DNA from: Eubacteriales bacterium
GTDB lineage: Bacteria; Bacillota; Clostridia; Oscillospirales; CAG-272
Length of the DNA stretch: 64,000 nt
NCBI GenBank assembly: GCA_045605765.1
Contig: JAZUQQ010000031.1
Coordinates: forward strand, 169 to 64,168
Reading direction: 5' to 3'
Below, piece by piece: positions 55,797 through 64,000 of this stretch. Both the position numbers and the translations under genes were made by a program. The notes under the pieces were generated by a model, which saw only the letters and a list, made by a program, of their open reading frames with translations, made no database searches and had not been told where the DNA came from. The first letter of the stretch is position 1; every line of letters starts with the position of its first letter.

Positions 55797-57359
55797 ATGA
55801 ATTTGGCTAAAAAAAATAAATTCAAATACGGCTCTCTTGCAATAGCACTGACTATTGCCGTTGTTGCCTTTATAATAATCCTTAACGCCGTCTTTTCTGC
55901 GCTTGCAACACACTTTTTTTGGTATTTTGATATGACTTCCGGTCGAATATATCAGCTTTCCGAAGAAAGTAAGGACTATTTTGATAAAATAAGTGAAGAA
56001 AGCAAGAGTGAAGGAAATAGAACGGTAATCTACTTTTTTGCCGAAAAAGATGCGCTTAATCAGTCGGTAAGCTCGTCAAGCAGTATTATGGACACCTCCA
56101 TGTGGGGTATGAAACCTATTCACGAGCTTGCTGTGCAGCTTGATGAAAGATATGATTTCATTTCGGTAAAATATATTGATGCGTCATCTGATCCCGACGC
56201 TATAAAAGAGATCGTAGGCGAGGATTATTATGCCACGACCGTTTTTACAAACAGACATGTTCTTATAGTTAATAACACCTTCGAGCGTGACGGAGACGGA
56301 AATATCATATACGATGCCGACGGAAAACCGGCAGAATACAGGGATTTTAAGCTATGCTCCAGAAACTCGTTTTATCTGTTCGACCATTATACAGGAACAG
56401 TAAATGCATTTCGCGGGGATTACTACTTTGCTTCGGCTATTATGTCACTGACAAAAATAGATAAATCTACCGTTTACTTCATTACAGGACACGGAGAAAC
56501 GGTGGGAGATACGTCTTCAAATGCCCCTTCTTCTTACGGCGATGCTACCGCACTTTACTATCTTTTCGAAGATGCAGGCTGTAATATTCGCAAAATAGAC
56601 CTTAAATTCGATGATTTTGATGCTGATTATGAGAACTCGATAGTCGTAATATACGGTCCCAAAAGAGATATAACCTCGTCATCTACTACACTAGATATAA
56701 ACGAAACTGACAAAATCAACAGGTTTCTTTCGAAAAACGGAAACTCTATGATGGTATTTTTCGGTTCTGAATCGGTGGATCTTACCAACCTGAGAGCACT
56801 TGTTAAGGATCATACGGGAGTTGCTGTTTCGAGCGTGCAGGCGCACGATATGGGTCAAGCCAGTGTTTCGATAGACGGTTATTCAATAGTCGGAACATAT
56901 AACGATATAGACGTTACAAACAGACTTTCGTCAAAGGAAAAGGTAATATTCAGAAACGCATATCCTTTGATAATTGACAAGAACACCTCTGCCACCGAGG
57001 CTATAATTACGCTCCCCGAAACCGCGTACGTTGGTTCTTATGATGGTCAGGCGTCGCTTATGACTACTACAAATACCGAAAACGGTGGCAAAGTGATCGT
57101 TTGTGCATCTACCGCTTATGCAAATAACGAGATGCTGGAACACGATGTTTACAATAATAAAAATCTCCTTATTTCCGTGATTTCCGATATGAATATCGGA
57201 AACGTGCCTTTGAACATAGGAGTAAGGCTTGTCAGAAACGAAGGTCTTGACCGAACAGAGCTTGAAGCAAGGATCTGGACTATCGTGATTTCCTGCGTTA
57301 TTCCCGCGGCAGTTGCGATAATCGGAACAATAGTATATGTAAGGAGAAAACATTCCTGA
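55797..57359 (+). CDS. GldG-like ABC auxiliary component (paralog 2)
   Basis: KKNKFKYGS, FDMTSGRIYQLSEES, VYFITGHGE, C-terminal TM (AAVAIIGTIVYVRRKHS). Confidence 0.8.
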   Translation: MNLAKKNKFKYGSLAIALTIAVVAFIIILNAVFSALATHFFWYFDMTSGRIYQLSEESKDYFDKISEESKSEGNRTVIYFFAEKDALNQSVSSSSSIMDTSMWGMKPIHELAVQLDERYDFISVKYIDASSDPDAIKEIVGEDYYATTVFTNRHVLIVNNTFERDGDGNIIYDADGKPAEYRDFKLCSRNSFYLFDHYTGTVNAFRGDYYFASAIMSLTKIDKSTVYFITGHGETVGDTSSNAPSSYGDATALYYLFEDAGCNIRKIDLKFDDFDADYENSIVVIYGPKRDITSSSTTLDINETDKINRFLSKNGNSMMVFFGSESVDLTNLRALVKDHTGVAVSSVQAHDMGQASVSIDGYSIVGTYNDIDVTNRLSSKEKVIFRNAYPLIIDKNTSATEAIITLPETAYVGSYDGQASLMTTTNTENGGKVIVCASTAYANNEMLEHDVYNNKNLLISVISDMNIGNVPLNIGVRLVRNEGLDRTELEARIWTIVISCVIPAAVAIIGTIVYVRRKHS

Positions 57360-59212
57360 TGGATAATAACGTGAAAAAGGTAAAGGGAAGTATATTCGTA
57401 AGGCAAAAAAATACTATAATTGCCTTTGCTATAATATTTGCAGTTCTTCTCGGCGCATATATTTTTATTATACGACCGCTTTTTAGTGATGATGATAGCA
57501 ATACTCAGGTATCTCTTCCTTTGATATGGGAAAACGAGGTCTCATCTGTAAGCGGAGTTATGATGTTTGAACATATCGAAAGAGCTTCTGTCTCGGAAAT
57601 AAACGTTCATAATCCCTCTCTTATATCGAAGAACGGAGAACAGTATGTTGATTGGTCGATTTACAGAGCTGCCGAAAATAGCACGGTGGGTGGATACCAG
57701 ATAAATAAAAACGCTTTGTATCTCAAAGGATATGAATATGCGCCTTTCAATGAAAACGATACGTCTTCTATGCTCGCCTCGGTTATCAATGACGCGGGAT
57801 TTACTCTTGCAATTTCGAGAGTAGTAGATCACGCCAAGGATCTTTCAAAGTACGGTCTGGATTTTGAAAACGAAGCGGATGCTACCTACTGCGAAATCGT
57901 AACGCTTGACGGAAAATCTTATAAATTCTATATTGGTGATAAAATACCTTCCGGTAATGCTTATTACGTCAAAATGGCAGGAAAGGATCTTTGCCTAGAT
58001 GAAAAAAGCGAATTTTACGGACAGGAGATAGAAAACGACTCGGTATATATTTATAACTGTTCCAATCTTCTTATATCCCCTACCGAGGTGATATCCCCTA
58101 TTTTGACTTATCCCCTTAATACCTCTGTTCAAGCATACTTTGATATGTTTACTATTATTGAGTATACAGGGGAAGGAGAAGACAACTTTACTACCAAAAT
58201 ACAGCTTTGTGCCACACAGAACAAGAATTTTCTGACTAAGCCTATCTCGGCGTTTGCACAGGAGGCTATATATTATACCGATGTTCCAAAGGGATATTAT
58301 TCTTCATCTGCGTTCGAGGATCTTTTCGAAAGCTTTATCAATGGAATTAACGGAATTTCCGTAAAAGAGTTAGCAGTTCTCCGTGACGGAGTTGACGAAA
58401 AAGATAACCCTATTAAATATTACGGTTTCGATGACGCAACAATGGACAAGTATTTCGAAGGAGGATTTGCATATACTCTTGCGTTCAGTTGGAACGGCAT
58501 TGATAACATTATCGATATAAGTCACCTTACAGAAAACGGCACTTATTATGTTTATTCGGCAATATATAATACAATATGCGAGGTGAGCGCGGATACGCTG
58601 TCATTCCTTGAATGGGATCAGACTGTGTTCATTGACAAGGAATTTTTCCGAGTAAGCATAAAAAATTGTTCAAAATTCGAGATCTTCGGAAAATATTTTG
58701 AACTTTCAACAGATTCCGACTATACTGAAAAAAGTGTAGATGTAAGTTTCGATCTTAATATTGACAGTAACGGAAAAACCGCTGTTTCTTCGGAAGACTT
58801 TATACAAAACGGAACTATGAGCGTATCAGAGAGAACAGAGAACTTCCGAACTCTGTACAGACTTTTGCTTTTCACTGGGCTTTATGATCCGCTTGGTGAC
58901 GAGGAAGTTGATAAAATTCGTGACGGTAACGAGCCTTTTGCCGTGATAAAGATAACGACCCGAGCTCACGACATAAGTATTGACGATCCCGACAGTGAAG
59001 AGGGCGAAACCAATACAGTTACAGTAGAGGGAATGACTAGAACTTACAGATTTTACAAATATACCTCAGGCAGATGTCTTATGACTACCCAAGATGAAAA
59101 AGGCGAAGAGGTGGGTAACTACTACCTTATGACCGCAAAGGTTGAACAATTGCTCAGATCTGCCGATAAAGTTGTAAATGACGAGCTTATCAGCATTATG
59201 GATAGAGAATAA
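57359..59212 (+). CDS. Membrane-anchored extracytoplasmic protein, DUF4340-like
   Basis: N-terminal TM; DLSKYGLD...FYIGDKIPSGNAYYVK motif typical of the gene following gldG in such clusters (context-based call). Confidence 0.65.
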   Translation: MDNNVKKVKGSIFVRQKNTIIAFAIIFAVLLGAYIFIIRPLFSDDDSNTQVSLPLIWENEVSSVSGVMMFEHIERASVSEINVHNPSLISKNGEQYVDWSIYRAAENSTVGGYQINKNALYLKGYEYAPFNENDTSSMLASVINDAGFTLAISRVVDHAKDLSKYGLDFENEADATYCEIVTLDGKSYKFYIGDKIPSGNAYYVKMAGKDLCLDEKSEFYGQEIENDSVYIYNCSNLLISPTEVISPILTYPLNTSVQAYFDMFTIIEYTGEGEDNFTTKIQLCATQNKNFLTKPISAFAQEAIYYTDVPKGYYSSSAFEDLFESFINGINGISVKELAVLRDGVDEKDNPIKYYGFDDATMDKYFEGGFAYTLAFSWNGIDNIIDISHLTENGTYYVYSAIYNTICEVSADTLSFLEWDQTVFIDKEFFRVSIKNCSKFEIFGKYFELSTDSDYTEKSVDVSFDLNIDSNGKTAVSSEDFIQNGTMSVSERTENFRTLYRLLLFTGLYDPLGDEEVDKIRDGNEPFAVIKITTRAHDISIDDPDSEEGETNTVTVEGMTRTYRFYKYTSGRCLMTTQDEKGEEVGNYYLMTAKVEQLLRSADKVVNDELISIMDRE

Positions 59213-59235
59213 CTTACCTTGGAGATATTAACTAG

Positions 59236-60213
59236 ATGAAAAAGAGAATTTTTGCATTAATTATCTGCGCTATTATACTCGTATCTTCCATATTTACGTT
59301 CTCATCGTGTTCAGAAGGTAAGCGTACCATTATGATGGTAGGAGATTATAAGGTCTCGCACGATATGCTCAGATATTTCGTTATGAATTATATGAACGGT
59401 TATGACGGCATAACTCCCGAAGATTTTGCATCGGACGAGGAACTCCAAAAAGAGCTTTACGATAATGTTATAAACTCAATATCCGAGCTTGCAACCTACT
59501 CGCTTCTTGCCGAGGAATACGACATCAGACTTACTCGAGAAGAGAAAAAAAAGATAAAGAATACTATAAAAGAGTATAAGGAAGCCTACGATAGTAAAGA
59601 AGATTTCAATAAAGATATGTACGAAAACTTTATGACGGAGGATCTTATCGAGGAAATATATACAATTCAAGCGCTTTGCGATAAGCTTTACGATCACCTT
59701 ACAAATGAATACACGGGTATTTTCAAGTATGATGACAAAACGATAGATGCCGATATAGCCAAAGGCAACTTTTTCTCGGCAGAGTATGTAGTATTATATT
59801 ATACTGATGAAAACGAGACTGAACGTAAAGCCGCTTTGCAGGACATTCTTGACCGCGCAAAGAACGGTGAAAAGTTAAATGAGCTTGCAGACAAGGGCTA
59901 CGTAACTTACGGTGAACAGCTTGCATACGAGCATTATCCGCTTTTCACCTATACTGAAAAGACCGAAATGTTTGAAAAAACGGTTAAGTCGCTCGAAATA
60001 AACGCTTACAGTGACGTTGTTGATATGGGCAACTCTGCTATGATCGTTCGAAGACTCCCGCTCGACAGCGATTATATTGATAAAAACTTCAATACTGTTA
60101 TAGCACAGTATCTTTCAAGAGAGTTTTTCGGATACATTGAGCAGTATTCGGGCGGACTTGAAATCCAGTTTAAAGATAAATATAAAGACTTGAAAATGTG
60201 GGAAATGGAATAA
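59236..60213 (+). CDS. PrsA/SurA-like foldase lipoprotein
   Basis: Lipobox FSSC; SurA-like helical N-domain; degenerate parvulin-like region (FEKTVKSLEINAYSDVV). Confidence 0.65.
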   Translation: MKKRIFALIICAIILVSSIFTFSSCSEGKRTIMMVGDYKVSHDMLRYFVMNYMNGYDGITPEDFASDEELQKELYDNVINSISELATYSLLAEEYDIRLTREEKKKIKNTIKEYKEAYDSKEDFNKDMYENFMTEDLIEEIYTIQALCDKLYDHLTNEYTGIFKYDDKTIDADIAKGNFFSAEYVVLYYTDENETERKAALQDILDRAKNGEKLNELADKGYVTYGEQLAYEHYPLFTYTEKTEMFEKTVKSLEINAYSDVVDMGNSAMIVRRLPLDSDYIDKNFNTVIAQYLSREFFGYIEQYSGGLEIQFKDKYKDLKMWEME

Positions 60214-60221
60214 GGATACTG

Positions 60222-60256
60222 AAAACTGCACGAATTTTTGGTTCGTGCGGTTTTTT
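60222..60256 (+). terminator. Terminator before the spoIIIA operon
   Basis: AAAACTGCACGAA-loop-TTCGTGCGGTTTTTT. Confidence 0.85.
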
Positions 60257-60267
60257 ATTTTTATCCT

Positions 60268-60298
60268 GGAATACTTTTACTGCTTGTCTAATATACTG
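60268..60298 (+). promoter_or_regulatory. Possible sigma-E promoter of spoIIIA
   Basis: GAATA-16 bp-AATATACT resembles the ATA-N16-CATAcaaT consensus; spoIIIA is sigma-E controlled in model organisms. Confidence 0.35.
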
Positions 60299-60336
60299 TA
60301 CCGTATAAAGGTCTAAAAAAGGAGGATGTTACCAGT

Positions 60337-61221
60337 ATGCAAAAAGAGCTTGAAGGTCTGCTTAGTGTTTTGCCGCAAGGCATTTCACAGTGTATAAAAA
60401 ATAGTGAGGCTTATCGGATCGGCAGAGGAATAAACGAGATAAGGATACGGCAAAATAGGCATCTTTCTATTACTTACAAAGGAAAAAATCTTATGTTATC
60501 TCATACGGTTACACAGAAAGAAATAGAAATTTCGCTTATGTCGCTTTGCAAAAATTCACTTTACAGTTATATGGATACGATGAGAGAAGGTTACATACCT
60601 TTTTCCGATTCTATACGCGTTGGAGTGTGTGGAAACGCGGTGTGCGAAGGATCAAAGATAATAAATCTTTCGAGTATTACATCTCTAAATATACGAATAC
60701 CGTCATCTGTTTACGGTGTTGGAAGAGAGCTTTACAACGTCTTATATAACGGAGGCTTCATGGAAAGTGCTATAATCTTTTCTCCGCCGGGTGCGGGAAA
60801 AACAACATTACTTCGTGATCTTTCACTATCACTTTCAAACGGATCTCCGCCTAAACGAGTCGCGTTAATAGATTCAAGGTACGAGCTGTGCGACGAAAGT
60901 GTGCGTAGGGCGGAAAATATTGACGTATATGCAGGATATCCAAAGGCGAAGGGAATTGAACTTGCAACGAGAACAATGGCACCTGAATACATTATTTGCG
61001 ATGAGATTGGCAATGAAGAAATTGACAGTATACTTGCCTGTCAAAGCGGCGGAGTTCCGCTTATAGTGGGAGCACACGCTAATACTCTTGACAAGCTTTT
61101 GTTTGGCGGTGCGACCGCGCGACTACACAAATCCCAAATGTTTGATCTGTACGTGAATATAAATGTTTTAGAAAACGGCGATAGAAAGCTTGAAATAATC
61201 CGTCGAGCGGAAATTGCGTGA
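60337..61221 (+). CDS. spoIIIAA: Stage III sporulation protein AA (ATPase)
   Basis: INEIRIR, RVGVCG, SPPGAGKTTLLRD, TMAPEYIICDEIG. Confidence 0.93.
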   Translation: MQKELEGLLSVLPQGISQCIKNSEAYRIGRGINEIRIRQNRHLSITYKGKNLMLSHTVTQKEIEISLMSLCKNSLYSYMDTMREGYIPFSDSIRVGVCGNAVCEGSKIINLSSITSLNIRIPSSVYGVGRELYNVLYNGGFMESAIIFSPPGAGKTTLLRDLSLSLSNGSPPKRVALIDSRYELCDESVRRAENIDVYAGYPKAKGIELATRTMAPEYIICDEIGNEEIDSILACQSGGVPLIVGAHANTLDKLLFGGATARLHKSQMFDLYVNINVLENGDRKLEIIRRAEIA

Positions 61222-61238
61222 TATTATGGAGATACTGT

Positions 61239-61724
61239 ATGACTGTCAAATACATAGGTATGCTGCTTATCTTCGTTTTTACTACGCTCGTTGGAAACGG
61301 ACTTGCTACCGCTGAAAAACGAAAAATAGAAAATGGAGAAGCACTCAGAGCCTTTATAGCACATATAGGCCGTGAAATTGAATACTTCAAAACACCGCTT
61401 GATAAGATTTTTTCTTCCTTTGCAAACAGCATTCTTGAAAAGAACGAATTTTTAAATACTGTCAGAGAGAAGTCGCTTAGTGATGCGCTAGATAAACGAA
61501 GCAGTATCTTTTGTTTTAAGGAAGAAACGTATAAATCATTACTTGATTTTTCCGAGTTTCTGGGAAAAAGTGACTCGTCAGATCAACTTTCACGGTGCAA
61601 ATATATTCTTTCTCTTATAGACGATGATCTAAAAAAATGCAAGGAAGCATATCCAAAAAATAGGAAAATGTATTCTTCGCTCGGCGTTCTTTCAGGAGTA
61701 ATGATAATTATTTTACTTGTTTAA
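61239..61724 (+). CDS. spoIIIAB: Stage III sporulation protein AB
   Basis: EIEYFKTPL, LGKSD...Q, YSSLGVLSG; operon order. Confidence 0.85.
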   Translation: MTVKYIGMLLIFVFTTLVGNGLATAEKRKIENGEALRAFIAHIGREIEYFKTPLDKIFSSFANSILEKNEFLNTVREKSLSDALDKRSSIFCFKEETYKSLLDFSEFLGKSDSSDQLSRCKYILSLIDDDLKKCKEAYPKNRKMYSSLGVLSGVMIIILLV

Positions 61725-61747
61725 ATAAATATAAAGGAGTTTATAAA

Positions 61748-61942
61748 ATGAACACAGCTCTTATTTTAAAGGTCGTCGGCGTAGGACTCCTCGTCAGCGT
61801 TTCCTGTCAAATACTTAATAAGTCTGGAAGAGACGAGCAGGCGATGCTCGTTACTCTGTCAGGAGTTATAATCGTTCTGCTTATGATGGTAGGTGAGATA
61901 TCGGAGCTTCTTACGAGGATCCGTGAGTTATTCGGATTATGA
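61748..61942 (+). CDS. spoIIIAC: Stage III sporulation protein AC
   Basis: LILKVVGVGLLVSV..QIL.KSGRDEQAMLVTLSG. Confidence 0.93.
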   Translation: MNTALILKVVGVGLLVSVSCQILNKSGRDEQAMLVTLSGVIIVLLMMVGEISELLTRIRELFGL

Positions 61943-62325
61943 GCATCTTTTCGGTGTGTGCCTTCGCGGTTGGTTCTGTAATTCTCGTAATAATTGTAAA
62001 ACAACTCAAAAATGAGATAGCGCTGCCTTTGTCAGTGTGTATCTCGGTAGCCCTCTCTCTTGCAGCAGTCGCGCTCATAAATCCGATAAGTGAATATATA
62101 AACGAATTGTCGAATACCGCCGATTACGGGCAATACATAAAGATTATGATGAAATCGCTGGGAATTGCTCTTGCTACTTCAACTAGTTCGGATATTTGCA
62201 GAGACTGCGGAGAGGGAGCGATAGCATCAAAGGTCGAGCTAGTTGGAAAATGCGGTATAATGCTTGTGGCACTTCCGCTGATAAAATCACTTTTGACGCT
62301 TGCTGAGGAAATAATGTATGCGTAA
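61939..62325 (+). CDS. spoIIIAD: Stage III sporulation protein AD
   Basis: KSLGIA...SDICRDCGEGAIASKVELVGK. Confidence 0.93.
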   Translation: MSIFSVCAFAVGSVILVIIVKQLKNEIALPLSVCISVALSLAAVALINPISEYINELSNTADYGQYIKIMMKSLGIALATSTSSDICRDCGEGAIASKVELVGKCGIMLVALPLIKSLLTLAEEIMYA

Positions 62326-63463
62326 AAAATATGGATTTCTAAAAATAATTCTACTTGTTGTATTTTTCTGTTTCATTTTTACTACGTTTACTTGCAGTGC
62401 AGAGGAAGAAAATACTTATAATTTTGATATTGACTCACTTATAGAGACGCTTCCTAATGAAGTTATAGACTTACTTCCCGAAGGAATAGACGAGCTTTCA
62501 CAGTCTCCCGAAAAAATAGTAAAGCTTTTCGGAAGTGAATATATTTTAGACCTTTCTGCCGGACTTTTTAAAAGTGCACTTTCATCGTCAATTAAAACCT
62601 TTGCCTTCGTTGCGGCGGTAATCCTAATATCGACTATGCTTTCATCTGTGGGAAACGCTTTTTTACCGTCGGGAACGGGTATTCAGGTTTGGTCGCTTGC
62701 AGGCTCACTGTGCATAGGATGCTGTGCATATTCGATGATATGGTCACACGTTGAAAGTGTGATAGCGTTTTCTGAAAATATAAGCTCGTTTATGAAATCA
62801 CTAGCACTTGCAATTAGTGGTGTTTACCTTAGTGGGGGTGAAGTTGGAAGCGCAGGGACGCATAGTGCATGGATATTTTCAGCAGTTGCTGTCACAGAGG
62901 AGATGTGCGGAAAAATTCTGCTTCCTGTGATGCAGATATCATTTTCGGCAACCCTTGCATCAAGTACGCTGTCAGGAGTAAATATCAGCAGACTGGTTCA
63001 AATGATAAGAAACGCTTTTACCTCGATTTTAGTCTTTTTTATGACCGTTATATCGGTAATACTAGCATTTCAAACAATAATTGCCCACTCGTCGGACACA
63101 CTTGCTATGAGAAGCGTGAGATACGCTATATCTCATTCTGTACCTATAATAGGCGGACTTGTAAGCGATAGTGCAAGGACGCTCTCTACCTCTTTTTCGC
63201 TTATGAAAAATTCGATAGGATTTATAGGAATAGGCGTGATAATACTTTTATCGCTTTATCCGCTTGTCGGACTTATCGCATCAAAATATTCCTTACAGCT
63301 TGCTTCATCATTTTCGTCGATGATATGTGAAGATAAAAGCACACTCTTTCTTGACGAATCGGTGAAAATGATAAATTTCCTTATAGCCATTGTGATATTG
63401 CTTGACGTGGCTTTTATATTTTGTATGTCAGTATTCGCGCTTCTTCCTGCAAGCGGAGCATAA
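62318..63463 (+). CDS. spoIIIAE: Stage III sporulation protein AE
   Basis: Polytopic membrane protein; AISHSVPIIGG..SD...KNSIG; operon order. Confidence 0.88.
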   Translation: MRKKYGFLKIILLVVFFCFIFTTFTCSAEEENTYNFDIDSLIETLPNEVIDLLPEGIDELSQSPEKIVKLFGSEYILDLSAGLFKSALSSSIKTFAFVAAVILISTMLSSVGNAFLPSGTGIQVWSLAGSLCIGCCAYSMIWSHVESVIAFSENISSFMKSLALAISGVYLSGGEVGSAGTHSAWIFSAVAVTEEMCGKILLPVMQISFSATLASSTLSGVNISRLVQMIRNAFTSILVFFMTVISVILAFQTIIAHSSDTLAMRSVRYAISHSVPIIGGLVSDSARTLSTSFSLMKNSIGFIGIGVIILLSLYPLVGLIASKYSLQLASSFSSMICEDKSTLFLDESVKMINFLIAIVILLDVAFIFCMSVFALLPASGA

Positions 63464-63479
63464 AACGGAGGTTAGATTT

Positions 63480-63971
63480 ATGGATGCCATCAAGGGATAC
63501 GTAATGTGTGCACTGATTGCCTCCGCGGTCGCGGGAATACTTAAACATTTATCTTCAAGTATGAAGGGTTTTGAAAAATACGTCGGACTAGTTTGCTCGC
63601 TCGTTGTTGTACTATTGCTGTCATTTCCGATGGTAAACATTATTTCGGAAATAAAAGAGGCGATTTCAGAAAGCACTCCCGCCCCCCCCGATAAGGAATC
63701 AGACGAAGATGATCAGATAAAAGGAGAACAGACAATGGCGTTATATTATATTGAAAACGTTGAAAGTACGGTAAAGGATTTGATATCCGAGCGTTTTTCC
63801 CTAAATAAGGACGATTTTGATGTGTCAGCCGTGCTTGATAAAGAATATGCGGTAAAAAATATCGTTATAAGTATTTATACTGATACCGATACACGGGCTA
63901 TAAAGGATTTTGCACAGAATACCCTTTGTATAAAGACAGAAATAAGGAGTATTAAAGAAGATGAAAAGTGA
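63480..63971 (+). CDS. Stage III sporulation protein AF
   Basis: Two N-terminal TM segments (FEKYVGLVCSLVVVLLL) and position after spoIIIAE. Confidence 0.7.
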   Translation: MDAIKGYVMCALIASAVAGILKHLSSSMKGFEKYVGLVCSLVVVLLLSFPMVNIISEIKEAISESTPAPPDKESDEDDQIKGEQTMALYYIENVESTVKDLISERFSLNKDDFDVSAVLDKEYAVKNIVISIYTDTDTRAIKDFAQNTLCIKTEIRSIKEDEK

Positions 63972-64000
63972 TTTTTTCTCAAAACTTAAAGAAATAAAAG
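63968..64000 (+). CDS. Probable start of stage III sporulation protein AG (truncated by the window end)
   Basis: GTG overlapping the preceding TGA, open to the window end; operon order only. Confidence 0.35.

Overview
Chromosomal window of a spore-forming Clostridia-type Firmicute, inferred from the spoIIIA operon, spoVT, Re-citrate synthase and infC-rpmI-rplT with an L20 leader. Most of it is housekeeping: rpsU, leuS, rsfS-yqeK-nadD-yhbY, rdgB, ftsY-smc-radical SAM-rnc-plsX, trmFO-topA-dprA, a pantothenate kinase, four tRNAs, tsaD, icd-rex-dnaD-dnaC-pgeF, a Gld-like ABC cluster and spoIIIAA-AF. The accessory zone lies at about 21.8-32.1 kb and holds three things. (1) An AT-rich acyltransferase islet is bracketed by two homologous copies of the spoVT promoter plus its first codons; the second copy would drive a short chimeric ORF or sRNA. 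This looks like the scar of an element that integrated into the 5' end of a sporulation gene. (2) A 1486-aa mosaic exported protein carries Cys/His tandem repeats and unusual wall-binding repeats. (3) An ECF sigma factor with a ~380-aa C-terminal extension is coupled to a membrane protein and preceded by an internally collapsed tnpV-like remnant. No CRISPR array, rRNA, intact integrase/transposase or prophage was seen. All calls come from reading the sequence and recalling family motifs; no searches were run.
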